Numbered from the whole stretch's first letter, positions 31,181-40,688 are shown. The stretch: DNA of 61,115 bases, filler included, from 4 parts of 4 records of this genome joined end to end with filler, not necessarily neighbours in it, one strand, 5' to 3'. Numbers and translations are program-made. Notes: generated by a model not told the origin, from the sequence alone.

Positions 31181-31546
31181 CTAGGCCGATGGCCCATTCA
31201 CGGCCAGATGATAGAGCCTAATTCTGCCAGTCTTTTCACAGCATAGGGAAAGCCGGCCTTGCAAGCTTTTGCCATCTGGCAGATCAAAGCTCACATCCGC
31301 CACAAGGGCCAAACCATCGGGCTGCGCGACGGCCAGAACAAGGGTTGCCTTTGCGGTTAATCCTTCGGGTGCTGCCGCGTAATAGGCCCGTATTTGCCGT
31401 TGCCCAACCAGCGGCGCAGGGGCCGTTGCAACAAAGACGGCCTCTGCCGCAAACAGCGCCGAGATGGCATCAAGATCGCGCGCGGCAATGGCACTGGCCC
31501 AGCGGTCTAAGATTTTTTCTGCGGTGGCGGTGGCGGTGGTGTTCAT
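31181..31546 (-). CDS. NTF2/SnoaL-like protein
   Basis: 121 aa; WASAIAARDLDAISALFAAEAVF...GQRQIRAYY pattern. Confidence 0.75.
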   Translation of the reverse strand: MNTTATATAEKILDRWASAIAARDLDAISALFAAEAVFVATAPAPLVGQRQIRAYYAAAPEGLTAKATLVLAVAQPDGLALVADVSFDLPDGKSLQGRLSLCCEKTGRIRLYHLAVNGPSA

Positions 31547-31803
31547 CTGACAACTGGGGCTTTTGGGGATACCCCCAAGGGGCCATCCATTCCAAACTTC
31601 TTGCAGTCCCCATAAGACAACCTGCCGCCCTGTCTTGCAATGGCCATGTCATTGCGGCAAAGCGCAACAAAGGGCAGTTTTTCTTTCCAAACACTATTGT
31701 TTCTGAAGTTCATGATAAGTGAACTGGAACCCAGTGGCTTTTTGAGCCATGTTTGATTACGTGGCTACTTGCGGCGGGCTAAGAACGTTTTTGGAGGCGC
31801 AAA

Positions 31804-32040
31804 TTGAGTGGCGATGAGAAACCCGAGCCAGATACTGATGACGAGACGGATTGCATAACCAAGGACGAATTGCAGAGCGCATCAGAGACAATAGTCAAAG
31901 CATTTTACCATCAAACAGAACATGATTTGACGGCCTCCGAACGCTTCGACGATCTCGTTCGTAGCCTCTTGAAAATTGACCGAGATCAGCAGCTTCTAGA
32001 ATCTTGGTCTGACAGTTGTTCACTCGGGACAGGCCGTTAA
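31804..32040 (+). CDS. Hypothetical acidic small protein
   Basis: TTG start 6 nt after GGAGG; fills the gap, converges on next gene. Confidence 0.4.
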   Translation: MSGDEKPEPDTDDETDCITKDELQSASETIVKAFYHQTEHDLTASERFDDLVRSLLKIDRDQQLLESWSDSCSLGTGR

Positions 32041-32282
32041 GAATAGACGATGCGCATGGCCAAATACGGCACAACGTTGAACACAACTATCAATATGTAG
32101 AAGACCATCAATATGCTGGGCGCATGATTGAACCATTCGTCGATCCTAGGCCCAAACAGCATGCGGCCAGCGCGTTCGGCTAAGGGCCGAAACAACGTAA
32201 TTTTGAGCAGGCCCCAAGCGAACAGGGATAAATTGATTACGCTCATCCAGCCGAAAATGGCAATCAGGTTTGCAGTTTCCAT
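32037..32282 (-). CDS. Small two-TM membrane protein (DUF6868-like)
   Basis: AGGAGG then METANL; FGWMSVIN...VFNVVPYLAMRI. Confidence 0.7.
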   Translation of the reverse strand: METANLIAIFGWMSVINLSLFAWGLLKITLFRPLAERAGRMLFGPRIDEWFNHAPSILMVFYILIVVFNVVPYLAMRIVYS

Positions 32283-32454
32283 AGCTATTCCTCCTGACGG
32301 GGCAATGACGGTTTTGTCACAAGTCAAGGTGATGATAGCACAAAGTCACGGCTGGGAATTGATGCGGATCAAGCGGCCTTTACCCCCCACCAGACGGACG
32401 GAAGCATATTCATGCAGATGTCTGCGCTTTCTGCATTCGCATGCCCCATAATCG

Positions 32455-32889
32455 TTATTTCCGAAAATCCGCATGGCATGCTTTGCAGCTGGCGCCCATT
32501 TTCTTTAGCACGGCGGGCAAATCTGTTTGTGAATTAACTGTCGTTACCAGCTGATCTGCAAGTTGCGCTGTATTGTTAGACAATACAGTAAACCTGCCGA
32601 ATTGCTCCCAAATTTCTGGCAAGGCTTCTGATTTGGGGTCATCGGCCCGCATTTCAAAAAATTGCGGAATACGGGCCGAGGCTGCCGATATCTGGGTTAA
32701 GGCTGCGCGTGCCTTTTCTGCATCAAATGTGGCTTGTCCCTTTGCCATAGTTCCGACAACTTTCATTTGCTCGGCAATGCCGGTCATCAGCGCCATACGC
32801 TTTTTCACTGTTTCATCTTTCACGCCGCTATGCGCCAGTGCTGCCGTGCCAAACGCTGCAATCAACAAAATAGATGTAAGTTTTTTCAT
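32455..32889 (-). CDS. Cytochrome c' / c556 (class II cytochrome c)
   Basis: Signal peptide MKKLTSILL..ALA; SEALPEIWE; C-terminal CKACH..FR. Confidence 0.92.
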   Translation of the reverse strand: MKKLTSILLIAAFGTAALAHSGVKDETVKKRMALMTGIAEQMKVVGTMAKGQATFDAEKARAALTQISAASARIPQFFEMRADDPKSEALPEIWEQFGRFTVLSNNTAQLADQLVTTVNSQTDLPAVLKKMGASCKACHADFRK

Positions 32890-33033
32890 AATGGCCCTCT
32901 GATTATGGTTTTTGGCATTTCTGAATTCATATTTAAACCATGTCCGCCATAAATTCCGCCCCAAATATGCTGATGTATCATCGGTTCCCTCTGCATCTTT
33001 GAAAAACAGCGATGGCGCGGGGCGTATCTTGTT

Positions 33034-34143
33034 TCAAACAGCGCTGTGCGACAGGCCAAAGCCCGGGCGTTGGGGCAGATTTAGGCGGTTATTGGCAGGC
33101 TTTGTATGGCCGCTAAATTGGTTTGCTGTCCAATCAGCATATTCCAGCAAATGCGCATTTGGAATAGCCGCCAAAAGATGGCAGCTAATTTCAGGGTAAA
33201 GATGTGACGACACTTTCACCCCGTATGCATCTGCCACCTTTGCAGCCCTCAGCCATTGCGTGACCCCGCCAATCTTGCCGACATCGGGCATAATATATTG
33301 GCAGGCAGACAGGCGTAATGCGCGCTCTACTTCGGTGGGGGACCATAGGTTTTCGCCAATTTGCAGCGGTGTTTTCAGTGCCGCTTGCAGGGTGGCTGTA
33401 TCTTCTAGCAGTTCGGCATGAATGGGTTCTTCGATCCACAGCAGCCCATGCCCATCGATGGCCCTGCATCTGGTCAGGGCCTCGGTTGGCGTCAGGCCTT
33501 GATTGTAATCAACCATCACCTGAACCGATGGGCCAAAGACCTGCGCAAATATATCTAGCGCCTTTAAATCATCGGCCAGGGTTGCATAGCCAAGGCGCAG
33601 CTTCATCGTGGTATTGCCGGCCTGCACAAACTGCTGCGCTTGCTGTTTGATGGTGGCCAGATCACCAATACCCAGGCCCGAGCTTTCATAGGATTGCACC
33701 TGCGTGGTTTCGCCCCCAAGCACCCGATACAGCGGTTGGCCCAATGCCTTTCCAACCACATCCCAAGCGGCCATATCTATTGCGGCCATTGCCATGGTCA
33801 AAATGCCCGTGCCGCCAAAAAGCTTGAAATTTTGCAGTATTTTATCGGTGATATCTTCGGGCAAGCACGGGTCGCCCCTGACCACCTCGAACACGGCTTT
33901 CGTGGCCTCGCTAAGCGCCGGAATCAGGGATTGGTTGGGCGAAAACAGATAGCTTTCCCCAACAATTCCGCAGGATGTGTGCAGCCCGACAGTGATCAGC
34001 GGTGCAACGTCTAGCGACCCGCTTGCGGTTTGCAATGGCGTGGGCAACGCGGGAAAGCAGTGCTGGATTTCGATGGATGACAGGCGCAAGCTGGCCACCT
34101 GCTGTTTCAAAGTATCAGGAAGAAACGCGGCGCTGGTCGCCAT
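33034..34143 (-). CDS. Mandelate racemase subgroup enolase-superfamily enzyme
   Basis: IDMAAWD, MVDYNQ, WIEEP, GEN, MPD..KIGGVT, SSHL; start at 34143 or 34149 after GAGGGGGG. Confidence 0.88.
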   Translation of the reverse strand: MATSAAFLPDTLKQQVASLRLSSIEIQHCFPALPTPLQTASGSLDVAPLITVGLHTSCGIVGESYLFSPNQSLIPALSEATKAVFEVVRGDPCLPEDITDKILQNFKLFGGTGILTMAMAAIDMAAWDVVGKALGQPLYRVLGGETTQVQSYESSGLGIGDLATIKQQAQQFVQAGNTTMKLRLGYATLADDLKALDIFAQVFGPSVQVMVDYNQGLTPTEALTRCRAIDGHGLLWIEEPIHAELLEDTATLQAALKTPLQIGENLWSPTEVERALRLSACQYIMPDVGKIGGVTQWLRAAKVADAYGVKVSSHLYPEISCHLLAAIPNAHLLEYADWTANQFSGHTKPANNRLNLPQRPGFGLSHSAV

Positions 34144-34455
34144 ACACATAGCCCCCCTCGTTGTGTTGCACGCTGTAAAGAAACCATAGGCCCAAAGACC
34201 CATGGAACAAGCCTAACTTGGTGCGCCGATCTTTTGTTTTCCGCGCGTCAACGCCCCGCCTGCACGCGCCCACGCGCAAATCACACCGCGCCTGTCTGGG
34301 CCAGCTTTGTGGCGCGTGGCACAGGGGCTGTTCTGACACGCCCGCATGAAAGCCCAGGCACCACACCAATAGCAGCACCGCTTGCAAGCTGTGGGCGGAA
34401 AGGTAGGATGCAACCAAGGCTCAATTTAATAAACCAGTTTCCAACGGGGCGATTG

Positions 34456-36165
34456 ATGATAGCACAAACCTTGCGTAGCGCGTTGATGGCCACCTTGGTT
34501 GTGGCAGGCCAGCACGGCGTCGCTTTGGCCAATGGGTTTGGCATACCGCAGGGTGGTGAATTGCAGCAGCGCCTTGCTGATTTTGCGGCGACCAAGCAGC
34601 GCAATGTTATAGAATTTCAACCGTTTCGTGCCCAACAGCAGGCAACAACCCAACAGGGTGCCACACTTACCCTGACGTCATTACAGCCAAAATTTAATAC
34701 ATGGTTCACACTAGATCTGGGCCAGCCCGGCCAAAACCAGGCCTACCACCTAGAGCTGGCAGATCCGCAGGCCACCACGCTGCAGCTGCTCGATGACGGC
34801 GGCGCCGCCCTGGTTTTCCAAGGCGATATGGGCGCCAGCTATTGCACGCCTTGGCAGGGGCCAAATTCTGAATTGGCACAGGCCCGCGCGTCGGGGCTGC
34901 CCTATGCGCCGATCTGCGATAATATGGCCTTTGTGCGCAACGAAATCCGCGGCAACAGATCCAGCCGCGAGGCAATTGCGGAATTCCTGCGCGATAATAT
35001 CGCCTTTGGGGAAAGCATTGTGGGCCTGATCAAGGGCTCGTTTTACGAAGACGCCTTCATGCGCTCGGGCACGGTGGTGGATGGCGGCAGCGCGGGCGAG
35101 GTGGTGGCCGCCATGGGCCGGGCGCAGCTGCAAACACACCCTGTTATCTCTACCTACTTCGGCTTCGAATTAGAGGGCGCTGCAACAGGTGTCGAGGCGG
35201 GCGCATGGTATGCGGTGAAAGACATGCCCGGCGTCTATGCCAGCGCCATGCAGCCCGGCATGGTGGCACCCGCGGTGCTGGCGGTGCCCGGCGCCAATGG
35301 CCTAGACAGTATCGAGGCCCGCGCAGATGCCTATTTAGTGGCCTTTGATCTGTCGCATTTCGAATTGGGCTACGAGCTGGGCACCGATCATCCGCGGCTC
35401 GATTGGTCGCCCCGCCCCGCAGCGGTGCGCGATACGCGCCTGCCCGGCCCCGACGGGTTTGACACGGCCACCCCCCTGGCGCGCACCGGCATGTTAAGCC
35501 CCGCCCTGACCGAGCGCGTTGCCGCCACGTTTTCCGCCGGGTTCAAACGCAGCCACAGCGCCTGGCGGGCAGGCGAATTGGCCTTGTCGAACGGCGGGCA
35601 TCATTACGGGTTTTTGCAACAAGGTGTGGTGCTCAGCCGCCTGCAGCCCGGGCTTTCCACACTCTTCGTGCTGGACGATGGCAGCATTCACATGCGCAGC
35701 TGGGCCGAGGCCGACAACGCCCTGTTGCCACGCGTGAAATTTGCCCGCCAAAACGGTGTGCCACTTGTCGAAAACGGGCGCCCCGGCGCGCAGGTCACCA
35801 GCTGGCTGGGCGGCAATTGGTCGGGATCGGCCGAGGCCGATTTGCGCACCTTGCGGGGCGGCGCCTGCATGAAAACCGTGGGTTTGCGCAAGTTTTTGAT
35901 TTTTGGCTATTTTTCAACGGCAACGCCTTCGGCCATGGCGCGCAGCTTTCAGGCCTATGGCTGCGATTACGCGATGCTGCTGGATATGAACTCGCAAGAA
36001 CACACCTATCTTGCCGTCTATACCCACGAAGAGGGGCGCGTGTTGCCCCACCATTTGGTGCAAGGCATGGCCGCAATCGATGGGCAAACCCGCGATGGCT
36101 GGCCGATACCGCGCTTTGTCAGTTTTGCCGATAACCGCGATTTCTTTTATTTGCTCAGAAAATAG
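34456..36165 (+). CDS. Exported protein with divergent phosphodiester-glycosidase (NAGPA-like) C-terminal domain
   Basis: Signal peptide MIAQ...VALA; ATFSAGFK, RQNGVPLVENG, TLRGGAC, AMLLDMN in the order of NAGPA motifs. Confidence 0.6.
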   Translation: MIAQTLRSALMATLVVAGQHGVALANGFGIPQGGELQQRLADFAATKQRNVIEFQPFRAQQQATTQQGATLTLTSLQPKFNTWFTLDLGQPGQNQAYHLELADPQATTLQLLDDGGAALVFQGDMGASYCTPWQGPNSELAQARASGLPYAPICDNMAFVRNEIRGNRSSREAIAEFLRDNIAFGESIVGLIKGSFYEDAFMRSGTVVDGGSAGEVVAAMGRAQLQTHPVISTYFGFELEGAATGVEAGAWYAVKDMPGVYASAMQPGMVAPAVLAVPGANGLDSIEARADAYLVAFDLSHFELGYELGTDHPRLDWSPRPAAVRDTRLPGPDGFDTATPLARTGMLSPALTERVAATFSAGFKRSHSAWRAGELALSNGGHHYGFLQQGVVLSRLQPGLSTLFVLDDGSIHMRSWAEADNALLPRVKFARQNGVPLVENGRPGAQVTSWLGGNWSGSAEADLRTLRGGACMKTVGLRKFLIFGYFSTATPSAMARSFQAYGCDYAMLLDMNSQEHTYLAVYTHEEGRVLPHHLVQGMAAIDGQTRDGWPIPRFVSFADNRDFFYLLRK

Positions 36166-36177
36166 CCGGGGGTTTCC

Positions 36178-37176
36178 ATGTGCTTAGCTGATTTTTCCCA
36201 AAACCTGCGCCGCATGGTTATGGCGCTGTGCCTGGCCTTTTTGGGCCTGCCCGCAACGGGGCAAACCTTGGCGGAAAATAACGCGGCAATGCTGCAGCAA
36301 ATGCAAACCGCACGCGGGCTGAGCGGGGCAGAAATGGCCCGCATTCGCGCCATTTTTGCCAACTCACCCTGGATTGGCCAAGGCAACCCTGCCGTCACAA
36401 AACACCCGCTCACCCCCCAACAGCTGGCCCAAAAACTGGGCGCCGATCCAAAAGCATATTACCGCAACACCGGGTTCGAGCGTATTTGCGGTGAAAAATT
36501 CATGGCGCCGCTTTATGACCCGGCAACCGAAACAGCCGCAGATGCGCGGGTTTGCGTGGATATGTTCGAATACCCCAACGTTCCAGGGGCCTATCCCGTG
36601 GTTTGGGTGCGCGCCAAAGAGGCCGCCGAGCTGTGCTGGGCCGAAGGCAAGCGCATGGGCGACGCGCATGAATGGGAGGGCGCATCGCACGGGGCGCTTA
36701 CCCCGCCTGATTACTTTTTTGGCCGCTCTGTTCAGGCCGCCCGGGCCGCGCACAACGCCAAATATCAGGCCAGCGCGCGCTATTCGATCGGCCCAAACTG
36801 GCAGGCCGGCGTCTGCGCCACGGGCAGTTTCAAAAACGCCAGCTGCAATGGGGGCAGTTTCACTGGCTGCGGCTCGAATACCTACCCCGCGGGCAGCTTT
36901 CCGGGCTGTAAAAGCCCGTTGGGCGTTTACGACTTAGATGGCAACGCGGCCGAGCATATGAACCTGCCCCTGGCGCCCGATCAAATGGCCAGCCGTGGCA
37001 GCCGCAGTTTGGGCGTGACCGAAATGAAGGGCAGCTGGTTTATCTGGGACAAGATCCGCGCCCATACCCACTGGAGCCGCTGGCGCGCCCCGTTTTGGCA
37101 TGGCACCCGGGTTTTGGCCGCCAATAGCCACCATAACTACCATCTTGGGTTTCGCTGCTTTAAAGATATCAAATAA
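36178..37176 (+). CDS. Exported SUMF1/FGE-sulfatase-domain (C-type lectin fold) protein
   Basis: Signal peptide; CVDMFEYPN, YPVVWV...A.ELCWAEGKR....EWE, GVYDLDGNAAEH, KGSW, LGFRC. Confidence 0.82.
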   Translation: MCLADFSQNLRRMVMALCLAFLGLPATGQTLAENNAAMLQQMQTARGLSGAEMARIRAIFANSPWIGQGNPAVTKHPLTPQQLAQKLGADPKAYYRNTGFERICGEKFMAPLYDPATETAADARVCVDMFEYPNVPGAYPVVWVRAKEAAELCWAEGKRMGDAHEWEGASHGALTPPDYFFGRSVQAARAAHNAKYQASARYSIGPNWQAGVCATGSFKNASCNGGSFTGCGSNTYPAGSFPGCKSPLGVYDLDGNAAEHMNLPLAPDQMASRGSRSLGVTEMKGSWFIWDKIRAHTHWSRWRAPFWHGTRVLAANSHHNYHLGFRCFKDIK

Positions 37177-37210
37177 GCGCCGCGGTTTCGCAGGCGCACA
37201 CAGGCCGTGG

Positions 37211-38632
37211 CTATTTTGCTGCAAACAGGCGCGGGCTCATCGGGCCCTCTTTGGTGAGCAGCGCGGCATAGCGTGGGTCTTGGATCAGGGCCAGCAAATC
37301 CACTTGCCGCCCATCCAACACCGCATTGCGGCTGACCAGGCGAATGCCATGGCTGTAATCGGCATATTGCGCACCGTGCACCGTGCTGAGCGGTTGAATG
37401 GGCTTACCATTGCGCCGATGCCAGCCATAAATTGCCACCCGCCCCGGCACAGCCGACAGCCGGCGCGTCAGCACCACATCTTTTTTATGCCCAGATACCA
37501 GCATCCCTGCGGCCCCACCACTGGCGCGGCGCTGCGCCTCGACCGTGGTGTTATGGCGCTGAAAATAAGCGGTGGTGGTCATCGCCGCGCCAGGGGGCAT
37601 AGGGCTGGGCTGCAGCCGCACGTCCGAGGCGCGATAGATCAGATCCACCATCTGCGGTGTGGGCAACACCATGTCAAAAGCGGTGGCAATACGCATGGCC
37701 GATGGCAGCCCAAACGGCACGCGCACAAAGTTTTTATCATCACCAATCGCCAGATAATCGGGCATAACGCATAGCGTGATCTGCACCTTTTTGCCATCGG
37801 GCCCGGGGCCGGCCAGGGTAACGGGCACCAGGTTTCGCAAAAAGGCAGGCATGTTACCGCCGCGAATTTCCGCCTCTAGCACGCGGTCGCGCCGGGTGCC
37901 GTCGATGTCTTGCACACGGGCCAAAACCACCGCAGCACTGGCGGCCGATCCGGCGCGCCGCGGCACCGCGCGCACCAGGCGCGCCGGGCACGCACCCTGG
38001 CGCACCACGCCCAGCGCGGGCGCCGCGGCGAGTGCGGCGGGCGCAGCGCTGGCCAGCCCATCAGGCCGCAGGCGCGGGCGCAGGGTGGCCCGGGCCAGCG
38101 GGGCCACAGGCGTTTGCACCGCTGGCTGAGGGGCCGCTTGAAAACTGGCAGGCCGCAGGTTTGGGCGGATGGCAGGGGGTTTCGCCGGCTCTGGGCTGGC
38201 CTGCGCGGCAGGGGCGCGGCTGGGCCAGTTTGGTGGCACGGCCGGTGGCAGGCCCAAATACACGCGCGACACACGCGACACCGCGGCATCATCGCGCTGT
38301 GGCGGCCCCATTGTGGGCGCCAACGGCATAGGCGGCTTGGCCCCCGCCACAGGCGGCGCAGACAGGGCCGGGGCGCCAGGTGCCGCCAAATCTACAGGCG
38401 GGGCTAGCAGCTGGGTTGCAATCACCGCAGGGGGCTGGGGCGGCTGCAAAGGTGCCTCGCGCAGCGCATAGGCGCCCGCGCCAATGCCAATCATGCCCAG
38501 CAGAAAAACATAGCTGGCCAGCACACGTGGCGTTGTAAATGCAGCGGCCTTGATCAACTGGCGCCAAACCTTTCTAAGCGTGGACAAGCCTATTCTTGCC
38601 CGCTGCCCCCTTACTGCACAAGCTTGGGCCAA
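37211..38632 (-). CDS. Membrane-anchored hypothetical protein: TM, Pro/Ala linker, conserved-looking C-terminal domain (start uncertain)
   Basis: TM VLASYVFLLGMIGIGAGAYAL; low-complexity linker; globular domain with PDYLAIG, LPT, GHKKD, IYGWH, YADYSHGIRLV. Confidence 0.75.
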   Translation of the reverse strand: MAQACAVRGQRARIGLSTLRKVWRQLIKAAAFTTPRVLASYVFLLGMIGIGAGAYALREAPLQPPQPPAVIATQLLAPPVDLAAPGAPALSAPPVAGAKPPMPLAPTMGPPQRDDAAVSRVSRVYLGLPPAVPPNWPSRAPAAQASPEPAKPPAIRPNLRPASFQAAPQPAVQTPVAPLARATLRPRLRPDGLASAAPAALAAAPALGVVRQGACPARLVRAVPRRAGSAASAAVVLARVQDIDGTRRDRVLEAEIRGGNMPAFLRNLVPVTLAGPGPDGKKVQITLCVMPDYLAIGDDKNFVRVPFGLPSAMRIATAFDMVLPTPQMVDLIYRASDVRLQPSPMPPGAAMTTTAYFQRHNTTVEAQRRASGGAAGMLVSGHKKDVVLTRRLSAVPGRVAIYGWHRRNGKPIQPLSTVHGAQYADYSHGIRLVSRNAVLDGRQVDLLALIQDPRYAALLTKEGPMSPRLFAAK

Positions 38633-38901
38633 ACAATTACCCAGCCCATTCAGCCGCTTTGCGGCCTGTTTTCAGGCAGAAATCCGCCCGACAGCCCAGA
38701 AACTGGCGCATGTTCGCCTAATATATCGTAAACACGCACCGCTTTTTGGGCAGGTTTTCCTGCAAGATTTGCAAGTATCAGGCCAATCTATGGCACAGGC
38801 GAAACCCAAGCGCATTGGCAATCAGTTCAGAATCGGCTGTTATGAGCACCGGAATTGGTTTGGGAACGGGGCGCGGCATGGCGGGATGCAAATTTGCAAA
38901 A

Positions 38902-39948
38902 ATGGCAACGCATTTTTGGCGCGCAGGGGCGCTGGCCCTGGCCGTGGCAGCGCCTGCAGGCGCACAAACAGCCGCGGATACATGCACCGATATTGCCGGC
39001 AAACCCCAGGCCGAGGCCCCCATTAGCCGCGCAGCCTTTGACGGGTATTTCAGCACATTGGCCCGCGCGCGCCCCTATTGCGAGGCCGCCGCACTGGGCG
39101 CCACCCCCAACCCAGCGGCCCTGTTTCACCTGGCGGTGATGATGCAGCGCGAGGGCGTGCATGCCCATGCCATAGAGGTTTTCGAAATGGCCGCGGCGGG
39201 CGGTGTGGCGGCCGCGCATACCAAGCTGGCCGATTATTACAACTTTGGCATCGGCGGCACGCCCGAAAACATTGCCCGCGCAATCGAGGAATATACCAAA
39301 GCGGCCGAGGCGGGCGATATCGCTGCAAAATCCAGCATGGCCATCATGTATCGTCTGGGCCGGGGGGTGCCGCGCGACAGCCGTAAGATGCTGGCCTTGC
39401 TGCAAGAAACCGCTGATGCGGGCTATCATGTTTCGCAGCTGCGCCTGGCCGAGCTTTACCTCAGCCCGCGCGCCCTGCCCCCCGCACTGGCCCGGCAACT
39501 GGCGCTGCCAAACCCGGTAGAGGCGGTGCGCTATTACCAAATGGCCGCCGACCAAGGCAGCACCGAGGCGCAGGCAAAGATTGCGCAAATCTACGAAGGC
39601 GCGGGTGAATTTGCCGACCCGACGATAAAGCTGCGCCTGCTGGAACACGCCGCAAAAGGGGGCGATGGGCAGGCATTAAACACCCTTGGCTTTATGCACG
39701 AGCGCGGCGATGGCCTGGCCTATAACCCGCAAAAAGCCGCCCAATATTACATCGCCGCGATCGAGACAGGCGGGTTAGATGTAACCAAGCTGCGCGGGCG
39801 CGTGAATGGCTATACCCCCTATTGGGATCGGCAAACCGCGCTGGAATTTCAGCGCATTTTGCAAGAGCGTGGGCTTTATATGGGCGCGCTGGATGCGCAA
39901 GTGGGCTTTGGCACCCTGGCCGCAGCCCGCAAACTGGGCCAGCAATAG
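38902..39948 (+). CDS. Exported Sel1-repeat protein with C-terminal peptidoglycan-binding domain
   Basis: Signal MATHFW..AGA; several Sel1 repeats (YTKAAEAG, GRGVPRD, YQMAADQG); EFQRILQERGLY.GALDAQVG..T resembles PG_binding_1. Confidence 0.82.
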   Translation: MATHFWRAGALALAVAAPAGAQTAADTCTDIAGKPQAEAPISRAAFDGYFSTLARARPYCEAAALGATPNPAALFHLAVMMQREGVHAHAIEVFEMAAAGGVAAAHTKLADYYNFGIGGTPENIARAIEEYTKAAEAGDIAAKSSMAIMYRLGRGVPRDSRKMLALLQETADAGYHVSQLRLAELYLSPRALPPALARQLALPNPVEAVRYYQMAADQGSTEAQAKIAQIYEGAGEFADPTIKLRLLEHAAKGGDGQALNTLGFMHERGDGLAYNPQKAAQYYIAAIETGGLDVTKLRGRVNGYTPYWDRQTALEFQRILQERGLYMGALDAQVGFGTLAAARKLGQQ

Positions 39949-39950
39949 CG

Positions 39951-40688
39951 CTATAGGCTGGTTTTTTTGAACACCCGCTCTGGCAGGGCGCAGATGATCG
40001 CCATAATCAGCCGCCAGATGGGTTTTACATAAATCACATCGCGGCGCTTTTGTGTGGCGCGGAAAACCGCATTGGCCACATCGGCGGGCTGGGCCAGCAA
40101 CCGCCGGGGCAAGGCCATGCCCTCGGTCATTTTGGTGTTCACAAAGCCTGGCAGCACAGTCACCACATGCACAGGGCCACGGGCCAAACGGTTACGCAGC
40201 CCCGACAAAAACGCCACAAACCCAGCCTTTGACGCCCCATAGACATAATTCGATGCGCGCCCCCGCAGCCCCGCAACCGAGGCAATGCCCACCAAAATGC
40301 CATGCCCGCGCTGCTCGAATGCATTGGCCAAAAGGGCTAAAATGCAGGCAGGGCCCTCGAAATTGCTGCGCATCACCAGCGCGGCTTTTTGCATATCGCT
40401 TTGGCTTTCACCTTGCTGGCCCATCAGCCCCACTGCGCAAATGGCAATGCCCGGCAGGCTGGGCAAGCCTTGCACGAAACCCGGGTGAGTGCCCAAATCA
40501 AGCGCATCGAATTCATGCAAACTAACCGTCACGCCATGGCGCAGCGCGATATCGGCCTGATCCGCGGCCAGCCGCTGCACCTGCCGGGCGGCCAGCTGAA
40601 TATCGTGGCCCGCGCTTGCGTATTTATGGGCCAAGGCCCGTGCCATATCGCTGCCGGCCCCTAGAATAAGCACTGCAGATCTGCTCAT
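39951..40688 (-). CDS. SDR oxidoreductase, DprE2-like
   Basis: GAGSDMA, SVAGLRGRASNYVYGASKAG, PGFVNTKMT; ATGA overlap with DprE1-like gene. Confidence 0.88.
   Translation of the reverse strand: MSRSAVLILGAGSDMARALAHKYASAGHDIQLAARQVQRLAADQADIALRHGVTVSLHEFDALDLGTHPGFVQGLPSLPGIAICAVGLMGQQGESQSDMQKAALVMRSNFEGPACILALLANAFEQRGHGILVGIASVAGLRGRASNYVYGASKAGFVAFLSGLRNRLARGPVHVVTVLPGFVNTKMTEGMALPRRLLAQPADVANAVFRATQKRRDVIYVKPIWRLIMAIICALPERVFKKTSL

Noticed and set aside
36178-38632. C-type-lectin-fold genes as diversity-generating retroelement targets
   Set aside because: No reverse transcriptase and no template/variable repeat pair seen on the contig
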